DNA of 32,000 nucleotides from Alkalilimnicola ehrlichii MLHE-1 (GCF_000014785.1 NC_008340.1:1170001-1202000); one strand, 5' to 3'; positions 15,266 to 24,068 are shown, numbered from the stretch's first letter. Notes: a model not told the origin generated them from the letters alone. Program-made: numbers and translations.

Positions 15266-17929
15266 ATGACGGTCAGAAACCTGGAACACCTCTTTCAACC
15301 CCGGGCGATCGCCCTGATTGGCACCGGTGGTGATACCGACAGCCTGCTGTTGCGCAACCTGGTCGGTGCCGGTTTCCGTGGTCCGGTGATGCCGGTCATG
15401 CCCGGTAAGCGGGCCCTGCATGGGGTGTTGTGTTACCCGGATGTGGAGAGCCTGCCAATGGTCCCGGATCTGGCGGTCCTGGATGTGCCGTTCAATCGGG
15501 TACCCGACGCCATCCGTGCGCTGGGCGAGAAGGGCACCCGGGCGGCGGTGCTGGTCGGCAAACCGGCACCGAACCTGAGCCCGGAGGACTACCGGGCCCA
15601 GATCCAGGCGGTGCTGGATGCGGCTAAGCCCTTCCTGCTGCGCCTGTTGGGTCCCGGTTGCATCGACCTGACGGTACCGCGCACCGGGGTCAACGCCAGT
15701 GTCGCTCCCTTCCGGCCCGGGGCTGGGCGCGCGGCCCTGGTCACGGAGTCGGCGGCCGTGGCCACCCGTGCGTTGGACTGGTGCCAGTCAGAGGGCTTGG
15801 GCTTGAGTCATCTGATCCACCTGGGTGGCGCGATGGACGTGGATACCGGCGACGTCCTGGATTATCTGGCTAGCGATGTGCACAGCCGCGCCATCCTGCT
15901 CTACCTCGAGTACATCGACGATGCCCGGAAGTTCATGTCGGCGGCGCGGCGCGCGGCGCGCGTCAAGCCGGTGGTGGTGCTCAAGCCGCGCCGCGGCAGC
16001 AAGGGGGCGGCCGAGGACGCCGTCTATGAGGCCGCTTTCCGGCGGGCCGGGCTGGTCCGGGTGGCCGACTTGGATGAGTTGTTCAACGCGGTGGAGATTC
16101 TCACTTCAGCGAGAAAACCGGGGCGCCAGGGGCCGTTGGCGGTGCTCGGTAACAGCCGCAGTCTGGGCCTGTTGGCGGCGAATGAGTTGGAGGCCTACGG
16201 CGGTACGCTGGAGGGCCTGTCGGAGGAGAGCAGTGAGGGCCTGGCGCTACTGGCCCGCGACCCGGAATCCACCGCCAATCCGCTGGACCTGGGCGGTGAC
16301 GCCGACGCCGACGCCTACGGCAAGGCACTGGACACCCTGGCCGGGGACAAGCGCATCGGTGGCACCCTGGTGATCAACCAACCCAACGAGCTGGTGGACA
16401 ACACGGCCATTGTCGATGTGCTGGAGGCGCATGCCCGTAAGAGCCGCCGTGCCGTGCTGGCGGTCTGGTCCGGTCCACGCGCTGGTGCCAGGGGCCGCGA
16501 GCGGCTGAAGCAGACCATGCCGGCCTTCGAGGGTCCGGAAGAGGCGGTGCGCGCCTATATGCGCCTGGTCCAGTACCAGCGCAACCAGGAATTGTTGATG
16601 GAGACCCCCACCTCCATGCCGGAGGCGTTCGAGACCGATCCGGAGTCGGCCCGGCTGCTGATCAGCGCGGCACTGACCGCCGGCCGCGATCAGCTCAACG
16701 AGTACCAGGCGCAGCAATTGCTGACTGCCTACGAGATTCCCTGTGTCCCCAGCCGGCGGGCCACCACCCCCGAGGAGGCCGGGCGGGAGGCGGCGGCCAT
16801 GGAAGGGCCCCTGGCGCTGAAGATCATGTCGCCGGATATCGTGCACAAGTCCGAGGTGCGGGGGGTGGCACTGGACCTGGAGTCACCGGAGGCGGTGGTC
16901 CAAGAGGCCCACGCCATGGAGGCGCGGCTGCGTGAGCTCTATCCCGATGCCCGGGTGGATGGCTACCTGCTGCAGCCGATGACCCCCCGGGAAGGGGCGT
17001 TTGAATTATGTGTCGCTGTTATGCCGGGGGGGCGCTTCGGACCAGTGATCCGGTTCGGACACGGGGGCACCGAGGCGCAGGTTATTGCCGATGTGGCCTA
17101 CGGCTTGCCGCCGCTCAACATGCATCTGGCCCGCGAGATGATGAGCCAGACGCGGATCTACTCCATGCTCGCCAGCAACCGGTTGCGGGCGGCGGATCTG
17201 GACGCCCTGGCGCTGACGCTGATCAAGGTCTCGCAGATGGTGATTGACTTCGAGGCCATCGAGTCGTTGGAGATCAACCCCCTCTGGGCTACCGCCGAGG
17301 GCGTGGTGGCGCTGGACTCACGGGTGGTCATCCGCCCGCCCTACACCGGTGATCCCGCCCGCCGGCTCGCCATCCGGCCCTATCCCAAGGAGCTCGAGGA
17401 GGAGCTGAACCTCCCCAACGGCCGGCGTTTCCTGCTGCGGCCGATCCTGCCGGAGGATGAGCCGGCCCTGACCAAGATGGTGGAACGGACCCCGCCCGAA
17501 CAGCTTCGCCTGCGCTTTTTCCGCACCATCCGCACGCTGCCCCATGAGATGGCGGCCCGGCTCACGCAGATCGACTATGACCGGGAGATGGCGTTGGCGG
17601 TGACCGATCCGGGGTTGCCAGGCCAGGTGGAATTGTGGGGCGTGGTGCGGATCAGCGCGGACCCGGATAACGAGACGGCCGAATACGCCATCATGGTGGA
17701 CAACAATGTCACCGGCATGGGCCTGGGGCCGCTGTTGATGCGGCGGATCGTGGAGTATGCCCGCCAGCGCGGCATCCGCGAGGTTTACGGGGAGGTGCTG
17801 CGCGAGAACCGGCCTATGTTACGGATCAACGAGGCCATGGGCTTTACGGTAAAGACGTCGGTGGATGATCCCAACGTCATGCATGTCACCCTGCGGTTGG
17901 ATGGCAACGGTGACGACACGGCGGGCTGA
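15266..17929 (+). CDS. pat: Bifunctional ADP-forming acyl-CoA synthetase-like / GNAT protein lysine acetyltransferase (Pat/YfiQ type)
   Basis: 887 aa. It has an N-terminal CoA-binding/succinyl-CoA-synthetase-like region (LFQPRAIALIGTGGD...) and a central ATP-grasp region. The C-terminal GNAT domain has the acetyl-CoA loop VTGMGLGPLLMRRIVEYARQRGI. Size and architecture match E. coli YfiQ (about 886 aa as I recall). Confidence 0.9.
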   Translation: MTVRNLEHLFQPRAIALIGTGGDTDSLLLRNLVGAGFRGPVMPVMPGKRALHGVLCYPDVESLPMVPDLAVLDVPFNRVPDAIRALGEKGTRAAVLVGKPAPNLSPEDYRAQIQAVLDAAKPFLLRLLGPGCIDLTVPRTGVNASVAPFRPGAGRAALVTESAAVATRALDWCQSEGLGLSHLIHLGGAMDVDTGDVLDYLASDVHSRAILLYLEYIDDARKFMSAARRAARVKPVVVLKPRRGSKGAAEDAVYEAAFRRAGLVRVADLDELFNAVEILTSARKPGRQGPLAVLGNSRSLGLLAANELEAYGGTLEGLSEESSEGLALLARDPESTANPLDLGGDADADAYGKALDTLAGDKRIGGTLVINQPNELVDNTAIVDVLEAHARKSRRAVLAVWSGPRAGARGRERLKQTMPAFEGPEEAVRAYMRLVQYQRNQELLMETPTSMPEAFETDPESARLLISAALTAGRDQLNEYQAQQLLTAYEIPCVPSRRATTPEEAGREAAAMEGPLALKIMSPDIVHKSEVRGVALDLESPEAVVQEAHAMEARLRELYPDARVDGYLLQPMTPREGAFELCVAVMPGGRFGPVIRFGHGGTEAQVIADVAYGLPPLNMHLAREMMSQTRIYSMLASNRLRAADLDALALTLIKVSQMVIDFEAIESLEINPLWATAEGVVALDSRVVIRPPYTGDPARRLAIRPYPKELEEELNLPNGRRFLLRPILPEDEPALTKMVERTPPEQLRLRFFRTIRTLPHEMAARLTQIDYDREMALAVTDPGLPGQVELWGVVRISADPDNETAEYAIMVDNNVTGMGLGPLLMRRIVEYARQRGIREVYGEVLRENRPMLRINEAMGFTVKTSVDDPNVMHVTLRLDGNGDDTAG

Positions 17930-17931
17930 AC

Positions 17932-18372
17932 TCAGTCACCCGTGGCCAGCGCGGTGTGCAGGGCCCTCAGCCCGGGATGCCGACGCCGCAGGCTCTCCTC
18001 CGGCACCGCGGTGGGGCGGTCCGTGCCCAGGTAGCGCAGGTGGCTGCCACAGGCGGCACGGCAGTCGCTGGCGCCGAAACCGGGGATCAGCACCCGGCCG
18101 CCAACGGCGGCATTCTCAAGGCATTCCGGTCGTGCGCTGAGCCGCACGTGCACCACCCGCGCTTCCCGCCGGGTGAGCAGCCAGTCGATATGCCAGCGGC
18201 GCGGTTTGTCGCGCCGCAGGTGGCGTTCCACCCGAGCCGCCAGGTTGCGCCGGGCACTGCCTGTGTAAACGTACCAGCCGGCGGGCAGCCGGTGGCCGGG
18301 CAGGCGCCCGGCCCGGATCCGGCAGGGACGTCTCAGGCGGATGTAGAGTTGGTAGGTGACCTCATTCGCCAC
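17932..18372 (-). CDS. DUF123 / Uri-superfamily (GIY-YIG-like) endonuclease-family protein
   Basis: 146 aa with a GTG start. Motifs GWYVYTGSARRNLAARVERHLRRDKPRRWHIDWLL and PGFGASDCRAACGSHLRYLG match my recollection of the COG1833/DUF123 signature. Confidence 0.7.
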   Translation of the reverse strand: MANEVTYQLYIRLRRPCRIRAGRLPGHRLPAGWYVYTGSARRNLAARVERHLRRDKPRRWHIDWLLTRREARVVHVRLSARPECLENAAVGGRVLIPGFGASDCRAACGSHLRYLGTDRPTAVPEESLRRRHPGLRALHTALATGD

Positions 18373-18547
18373 GGGCGATCCGGGCCATCAGGTCCGGCTG
18401 CACGATCTCGATTTCGATATGGCGGCTCATGGTATGGCCTCCGGTTTCCGCCGGTGGTGTGCGGGGTATCCCGATCCGGTGCTCCGATGGTATCACCGAA
18501 CCGGGACGCGACCCCTTCAAGGTGTCAGCGGCCCGCTGCCGCCCCGG

Positions 18548-20551
18548 TCAGAATCGGGTGGCCACCTTCATCCAGTACTGGCGGCCGGGCTCGTTAAGGG
18601 GTGCGAACCTCCCGTTCGGGTCCAGGTCCGGGCTGCCGCCCTGGATGTGTTCCCGGTATTTCCTGTCGAACACGTTGTCCACGCCGATGGTGGCGTGGGT
18701 TTGCTGGGTGAAGCGGTGGCCGGCGTAGAGGCCCAGGGTGGCGAAGCCGGGCGTCTCACCGGTATCCACGCTGTAGATGGTGCCGAAGCCCTCATGGATT
18801 CTGTCCTGGCGCTCCACCGCCCGGACCACACCGCCGGCGAACCAGCGGCCGTCGTCGTAGTCCAGGCTGAGCGTGCCCTCCAGGGGCGGGGTCTGGGCCA
18901 GCGGCTCGTTGTCGCTGTCGTTGTCCGCACGCACCCAGGCGAGCGTGGTGGTGGAGGAGAGCGTCGGGCTGAAGCGGTAGGTCAGGTCCGCCTCCAGGCC
19001 GTAATGGCTGGCACTGATATTACGGGCATCGGGGTCGCCGGACTCGGCACCGACCAGGATGTAGTTGCTGAACTCGCCGTAAAAGGCGGACAGTGTGGCG
19101 TTCACCCGCGTGCCCCGCCACTGGACGCCGGCATCCAACTGGGTCAGACGTTCGGTCTCCAGGTCGAAGTCCTTCATCCGCTCCCAGAAGTCCGGGGCGC
19201 GCTCCGCGGCACCCACACCGATGTTGAGGGTGAGGGGCAGGTCGGCCAAATCTCGCTCGTAGCGGGCGAAGCCACTCCAGAGGGTGTTGCGGTCCGTGGT
19301 ACCCGGAGTAGCGCCCCCATACATGGATTCGGCCTCGGCCCGGTTGCGATCGATCCGGGCGCCGAAGAAGACATAGTCGCGAGCCGTCAGCCCATGTTCT
19401 AACTCCGCATACATCCCGTAGTCGCGGAACTCCGCAGTATCGTTCCGGGAATAATCAGTGCTCAGCACCTCCTGCAGGGTGTTGGCACCCCCCATGGTGG
19501 TCCGGCGGCCCCGACCGTGCTCGTCCTCGGTGTAGTCCAGGCCGACGGTCAACCAGGTCTGTTCCGCCAGCACCAGCTCGGCATCCACTTTGGCGCCGGT
19601 GGTGCGCCGGTCCGGGAAGCTCACCGTCTGCTGAGGGGCGCTGCGCATGCGGAAGTTGTCCATCACGTGGTCCACATAGCTGTAGAACGCCTTGAACTCC
19701 ACCGCGTCCAGCCAGGGGGTGAGGGCCTCGCGGCGGGCGGTGAGACTGTAGCCCGTCCGGTCGAAGGTGGTGCCGTCCATCATCCGGTCGCCGTAGGCTG
19801 CCTCGGCGTCACTGCGCTCGTAGGCGAACTCCAGGTTGGTGAATTCATCCGGCGTCCAGCCGAGGATGCCGGTCCCGCTCCAGCGCTCGAACTGCGAGTG
19901 CAGCTTGTCGCCGTCACCGTCCCGGTAGTCGTCCTGTTTGGAGATCGTGCCGATGATGCGAGCGTAGCCCTCGCTGCTGCCGGCGGTCACGTCGGCCATC
20001 AGATCGGTGCGGTCGAAACGGCCCACCGTCATGCTGGCGTGGCCGGTGACGGTGGGCTCATCGAATCGCTGCGGGTCCCGCTGGAAGTCCACCACCCCGG
20101 CCGGTGCGGCACCGTAGCGGACCGTCTGCGGCCCCTTGAAAATGCGCACCCGGTCGTAGCTCTCCGGGTAGATATAGGCGGTGGGCGGGTCCATCCGCTG
20201 GCCGCAGCCGCCGAGCACCGGATGGCCGTCCATCAGGATGTTCAGGCGGCCACCCCCCTGGCCGCGCAGCTCCGGGTCGCCGCTGGTGCCCCCCTTACGG
20301 CTGGTGGTGAACCCGGGAATGGACTTGAGGAAACTGCCACCGTCCTGGGCCGGCAGCGGCAGGCGGGCCTGGCGCGGATCGGTCTCCAGTTCGCCGGGGC
20401 TCGTCATTACCGGCGCGGTGATCACAATGGGGGCCAGGTGGCCGTGGCCACCGGCGTGCGTCTGCGGCGGGGTACCCAGCAGCCCGGCACCGGTGATGGC
20501 GCCCAGGGCGATGAAGTAGGTTGCATGGCGGGTGCGCGATGACGCTGGCAT
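18548..20551 (-). CDS. oprC: TonB-dependent copper receptor (OprC/NosA family)
   Basis: 667 aa with a signal peptide, a TonB-box-like PIVITAP and the plug motif GGRLNILMDGHPVLGGCGQRMDPPTAYIYPESYDRVRIFKGPQTVRYG. CxxxM (C116-M120) plus a later HxM (VDHVMDNF) matches the OprC copper site. It ends in an aromatic residue (...YWMKVATRF). An AGGAG SD is present. Confidence 0.85.
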   Translation of the reverse strand: MPASSRTRHATYFIALGAITGAGLLGTPPQTHAGGHGHLAPIVITAPVMTSPGELETDPRQARLPLPAQDGGSFLKSIPGFTTSRKGGTSGDPELRGQGGGRLNILMDGHPVLGGCGQRMDPPTAYIYPESYDRVRIFKGPQTVRYGAAPAGVVDFQRDPQRFDEPTVTGHASMTVGRFDRTDLMADVTAGSSEGYARIIGTISKQDDYRDGDGDKLHSQFERWSGTGILGWTPDEFTNLEFAYERSDAEAAYGDRMMDGTTFDRTGYSLTARREALTPWLDAVEFKAFYSYVDHVMDNFRMRSAPQQTVSFPDRRTTGAKVDAELVLAEQTWLTVGLDYTEDEHGRGRRTTMGGANTLQEVLSTDYSRNDTAEFRDYGMYAELEHGLTARDYVFFGARIDRNRAEAESMYGGATPGTTDRNTLWSGFARYERDLADLPLTLNIGVGAAERAPDFWERMKDFDLETERLTQLDAGVQWRGTRVNATLSAFYGEFSNYILVGAESGDPDARNISASHYGLEADLTYRFSPTLSSTTTLAWVRADNDSDNEPLAQTPPLEGTLSLDYDDGRWFAGGVVRAVERQDRIHEGFGTIYSVDTGETPGFATLGLYAGHRFTQQTHATIGVDNVFDRKYREHIQGGSPDLDPNGRFAPLNEPGRQYWMKVATRF

Positions 20552-20832
20552 ATCGTTTTGCTCCTGATTTTATTTGCTGCGCGGGATGGGTTGATTGGGC
20601 TATCCAGAGCAAGAAGCACGCCGGCGCTGGGTTTTTCCCAACACCCTGAATAATCACGCTGTTTTCTTTGGAACGGGACTGACTATCATCCCGGCCCCCG
20701 GCGGGGTGTGTTATTTCACACAGCCGCGTGGCAAATACCCGGGTGGCGGCCTGCCGTGGCGGTCAACGCCCCCGGTTGCAGCCGTCGCCCTGGCAGCGCA
20801 GCATGAGGACAATGCGTAAAGGAGGTGGGACC

Positions 20833-21276
20833 ATGCAGTACCTGCACACCATGGTGCGTGTCAGCGATCTCGATGCGTCACTGGATTTCTACTGCAACAA
20901 GCTCGGGCTGGTGGAGATCAGCCGTAAGGAGAGCGAAAAGGGGCGTTTTACCCTGGTCTTCCTGGCGGCCCCGGACGACGAGGCGCGGGCGCGCAGCGCG
21001 GACAAGGCGCCGATGTTGGAGCTGACCTACAACTGGGACCCGGAGACCTATACCGGTGGCCGCAACTTCGGCCACCTGGCCTTCCGGGTGCCGGATATCT
21101 ATGGGCTGTGCCAGCGGTTGATGGACAGCGGCGTCACCATCAACCGGCCGCCCCGGGACGGCCACATGGCCTTCGTCCGCTCGCCGGATGGCATCTCCAT
21201 TGAGCTGCTGCAGGCGGGTGAGGCGCTGCCGCCCAAAGAGCCCTGGGCCTCCATGGCGAACACCGGCACGTGGTAG
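20833..21276 (+). CDS. gloA: Lactoylglutathione lyase (glyoxalase I), VOC family
   Basis: 147 aa from ATG 20833, with an AAGGAGG SD 7 nt upstream. [26 protein letters not shown]..., LELTYNW and FGHLAF are typical GloA motifs. The 35 upstream codons in the track ORF are Arg/Gly-rich and unlikely to be coding. Confidence 0.85.
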   Translation: MQYLHTMVRVSDLDASLDFYCNKLGLVEISRKESEKGRFTLVFLAAPDDEARARSADKAPMLELTYNWDPETYTGGRNFGHLAFRVPDIYGLCQRLMDSGVTINRPPRDGHMAFVRSPDGISIELLQAGEALPPKEPWASMANTGTW

Positions 21277-21308
21277 GTCGGCTGCACCGTCCCGGGCGTC
21301 AGCTGCGC

Positions 21309-21337
21309 TTGGCAAGACGGATTGCGCTCGCTACAAT
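21309..21337 (+). promoter_or_regulatory. Putative sigma-70 promoter of the metal ABC transporter operon
   Basis: TTGGCA (21309-21314) -N17- TACAAT (21332-21337), 44 nt upstream of ATG 21381, in a locally AT-rich patch. Confidence 0.5.
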
Positions 21338-21338
21338 C

Positions 21339-21351
21339 AAGAATGATTCTT
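21339..21351. promoter_or_regulatory. Fur-family-like operator (perfect 6-1-6 palindrome AAGAATgATTCTT) overlapping the predicted transcription start
   Basis: AAGAAT-G-ATTCTT lies immediately downstream of the -10 hexamer. It shares the AAT-n-ATT core of the 7-1-7 Fur/Zur/Mur box architecture and precedes a metal-uptake operon. Confidence 0.4.
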
Positions 21352-21380
21352 AAACGCAATTCAATAAGGGGGCTTGCCGG

Positions 21381-22292
21381 ATGAAGGCGTGGAAGCTGGT
21401 GACTGTGGCCCTGTTGCCGTTCGTATTGATGGCTTGCGGCGGCGGCAACGCCGCCGAGGGGGAGCGCCCCCGGGTGGTGGCGACCTTCTCCATCCTCGGG
21501 GACCTGACCCGTGAAGTGGCGGGGGATGATGTCGACCTCACGGTATTGACACCCATCGGTGCCGAGGTCCACGAGTGGGAGTTGAGCCCCAATAACTTCA
21601 TGGCGTTGGAGCGCGCCGACCTGGTGCTGTACAACGGTTATCAACTGGAGCAGTGGATGGGCCAGGTGGCGGCCACGGTCGCTGAGGGGGTGCCAATGGT
21701 GCCGGTGGCCGAGCGCAGCGGCCACGACACCCTGCCGATTGTCACCGGGGATTATGAGGGCGACCCCGACCCTCATCTGTGGATGGATCCACGCGCTGCC
21801 GCCGGTTACGCCCGGGCCATTGGCCGGGCCCTGGGTGAGGTGCACCCGGAGCGGGCGGACGCCTTTGAAGAGCGGGCCGAAGACCTGGCCGGGCGTCTGC
21901 TGGATCTGCACACCGAACTGACCGAGGCCTTGTCGGCCGTCCCCGAGGAACGTCGGCTGCTGATCACCAGTGAGGCGGCCTTCGTCTACTTTGCCGACGC
22001 CTATGGGTTTGTCCATGACGGCGTCTGGGGCACCAACGCGGAGACCGAGGGCTCCCCGCGCCAGATCATGCGCATCGTCGACCTGGTACGGCAGAAGAAT
22101 CCGGGTGCCGTATTTTGGGAAAGCACGATCTCCGATCGCCATGTGCGCAGTGTCGCCGAGGACACCGGGGTCGATGTCGCCGGGCCGCTTTATGTGGATT
22201 CGCTGGGCGGGGCGGGCAGCGGGGCAGAAGATTATTTCTCGCTGATGCGTCACAATGTGCGGCTTATCAAGGAGTCGCTGTCGGAGCTGTAA
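21381..22292 (+). CDS. Metal ABC transporter substrate-binding lipoprotein (cluster A-I, Mn/Fe-type PsaA/MntC/SitA-like)
   Basis: 303 aa with the lipobox LMAC. Ligand-bearing motifs are VHEWE, DPHLWMDP, TSEAAFVYFADAYGF and YVDSLG. There is no His-rich loop. Confidence 0.9.
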   Translation: MKAWKLVTVALLPFVLMACGGGNAAEGERPRVVATFSILGDLTREVAGDDVDLTVLTPIGAEVHEWELSPNNFMALERADLVLYNGYQLEQWMGQVAATVAEGVPMVPVAERSGHDTLPIVTGDYEGDPDPHLWMDPRAAAGYARAIGRALGEVHPERADAFEERAEDLAGRLLDLHTELTEALSAVPEERRLLITSEAAFVYFADAYGFVHDGVWGTNAETEGSPRQIMRIVDLVRQKNPGAVFWESTISDRHVRSVAEDTGVDVAGPLYVDSLGGAGSGAEDYFSLMRHNVRLIKESLSEL

Positions 22293-22294
22293 GC

Positions 22295-23119
22295 GTGATC
22301 GAGCCCCCCTCCGGGAAAATCGTCGCCCCGGCCGCGGTGGAAGCTGAAAAGCTGTACGCGGCCTATGAGGGTGAGCCGGTGCTAGCGCATGTGGATGTGC
22401 GCCTGCCGGCCGGGCAGTGGACGGCGATCATCGGACCCAACGGGGCGGGTAAGTCCACGCTGTTCCGGATCCTGGTTGGCTCCATGCGCCCGGTGCGTGG
22501 CCGGGTCACCGTGCTTGGCGATACGCCCGCCCGTAAGCGCCGGCAGGGCGCGGTGGCCTATATGGCGCAACAGGAGGCCATTGAGTGGGACTTCCCGATA
22601 TCGGTGCGGGACGCGGTATTGACGGGGCGTTACGGCCACATGCGCGGCGACCCCGCCTGGCGCCGCCTCATGCCACCGCGTTTTGTCCACCCTCGTCACT
22701 GGGTTGCGGTGGACGAGGCGCTGGCGGCGGTGGACATGACTGCTTATGCCGAGCGCCCCATCGGCGCCTTGTCCGGTGGTCAGAAGAAGCGCGTGCTGCT
22801 GGCGCGAGCCCTGGCCCAGCGGGCCGAGGTGCTGCTGCTGGACGAGCCGCTGGCGGGGGTGGATGCCGCCAGCGAGGCCCTGATCCTCGACGTGCTCGCC
22901 CGGGAGCGTGCCGCCGGCCGTACGGTGGTGATGGTGACCCACGATCTGGTCAGTGCGCGTGAGTACGCAGACCAGGTGCTGTTGCTGAATCGCACCGTGA
23001 TCGGCATGGGTCGGCCTGAGGAGATGTTGGTGGATGAGATGCTCGCCCGCATGGCGGCTGTGGGCTGGCGGGGCCCGTCGCCGGAGCGCGCCGAGCAGCC
23101 CCGGGAGGCCTGGCGGTGA
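22295..23119 (+). CDS. Metal ABC transporter ATP-binding protein
   Basis: GTG 22295 lies 2 nt after the SBP stop. Walker A GPNGAGKST, signature LSGGQKKR and Walker B VLLLDEP are present. The track ORF start at 22115 would overlap the SBP gene by 180 nt and is rejected. Confidence 0.85.
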   Translation: MIEPPSGKIVAPAAVEAEKLYAAYEGEPVLAHVDVRLPAGQWTAIIGPNGAGKSTLFRILVGSMRPVRGRVTVLGDTPARKRRQGAVAYMAQQEAIEWDFPISVRDAVLTGRYGHMRGDPAWRRLMPPRFVHPRHWVAVDEALAAVDMTAYAERPIGALSGGQKKRVLLARALAQRAEVLLLDEPLAGVDAASEALILDVLARERAAGRTVVMVTHDLVSAREYADQVLLLNRTVIGMGRPEEMLVDEMLARMAAVGWRGPSPERAEQPREAWR

Positions 23120-24057
23120 TGGACATGCTGGAGGCATTGGGGCTGGCGCTGGTGGATGCCCTGCTGGCGGTGCTGCTGCTGGTGGTGGGGCTGCTGCCGG
23201 AGCCCCTGGCGGCCCCCTTTGAATACGGCTTCATGCAGCGGGCGCTGCTCACCTCCGTGCTGGTGGGCACCGTTTGCGGCATGCTCTCCTGCTATGTGGT
23301 GCTCAAGCGCTGGTCGCTGCTGGGTGATGCCATCTCTCACGCGGTGCTGCCGGGGGTGGCGGTGGCCTACCTCCTGGGTTGGCCCTTTTTTATCGGTGCA
23401 TTCATCACCGGTGCCCTGACCTCCCTGGGTATCGGTGCCATTGAACGCCACACCCGGATCAAGTCCGATGCCGCCATGGGGCTGATGTTCACGGCCGCCT
23501 TTGCGCTGGGTATCGTGATCATAAGCAAGATCGCCTCCAGCACCCACCTGATGCACATCCTGTTCGGCAATGTGCTGGGCGTGCAGCATTCGGCGCTGCT
23601 GTTGACCCTGGTATCCGGCATTGTTGCCTTTCTGGTGGTCTGGTTATTCTATCGGCCGCTGCTGCTGTACACCTTCGACCCGCTTCAGGCGCAGGCCCTG
23701 GGGTTTCGCACCGGGGCCATCCACTATGGCCTGATCCTGCTGCTGACCCTGACCATTGTCGCCAGCCTGGAGACGGTGGGGATCATCCTGGTGGTGGCCA
23801 TGCTGATCACCCCCGGCGCCACCGCCCACCTGCTCACCGAGCGGCTGACCACCATGATGCTGCTCTCTATCGGCGTTGGGGTGATATCGGCCGTGGTGGG
23901 GCTGTACCTCTCCTTCTTCTTCGACGTGGCCTCCGGCGGGGCCATTGTCCTGGTCGCCACCGGTCTCTTTCTGATCGCCCTGCTGCTGGCACCCCGCCAC
24001 GGCCTGTTGGCCCGTTGGTGGCGGCGGCGCAGCGTTCCGACCCTCCCCGGGGCCTGA
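23116..24057 (+). CDS. Metal ABC transporter permease (ABC-3 family, ZnuB/MntB/SitC-like)
   Basis: 313 aa with ~8-9 hydrophobic helices and a typical ABC-3 sequence (LLGDAISHAVLPGVA...). The start overlaps the ATPase stop (GTG 23116, or ATG 23119 in a TGATG overlap). Confidence 0.9.
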   Translation: MMDMLEALGLALVDALLAVLLLVVGLLPEPLAAPFEYGFMQRALLTSVLVGTVCGMLSCYVVLKRWSLLGDAISHAVLPGVAVAYLLGWPFFIGAFITGALTSLGIGAIERHTRIKSDAAMGLMFTAAFALGIVIISKIASSTHLMHILFGNVLGVQHSALLLTLVSGIVAFLVVWLFYRPLLLYTFDPLQAQALGFRTGAIHYGLILLLTLTIVASLETVGIILVVAMLITPGATAHLLTERLTTMMLLSIGVGVISAVVGLYLSFFFDVASGGAIVLVATGLFLIALLLAPRHGLLARWWRRRSVPTLPGA

Positions 24058-24068
24058 GCGCAACCGGC

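Noticed and set aside
18356-20542. Plus-strand ORFs 18356-19402 (348 aa) and 19517-20542 (341 aa)
   Set aside because: They are antisense to the OprC-type TonB-dependent receptor, which has plug, copper-site and C-terminal aromatic-residue motifs. The plus-strand ORFs have no motifs and a skewed composition.
20552-20832. Possible riboswitch (cobalamin), Fur box or CopR/CusR box upstream of the TonB-dependent receptor
   Set aside because: I could not find a B12 box or a convincing palindrome. There is only a weak GTGTG-ttattt-CACAC repeat and a partial AATAATCA match. The receptor sequence points to copper rather than cobalamin.
22115-22294. 60-codon N-terminal extension of the ABC ATPase ORF
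   Set aside because: It would overlap the 3' end of the substrate-binding protein gene in another frame and is Arg/Gly-rich. GTG 22295, right after the SBP stop and with an upstream GGAG, gives a normal distance to Walker A.
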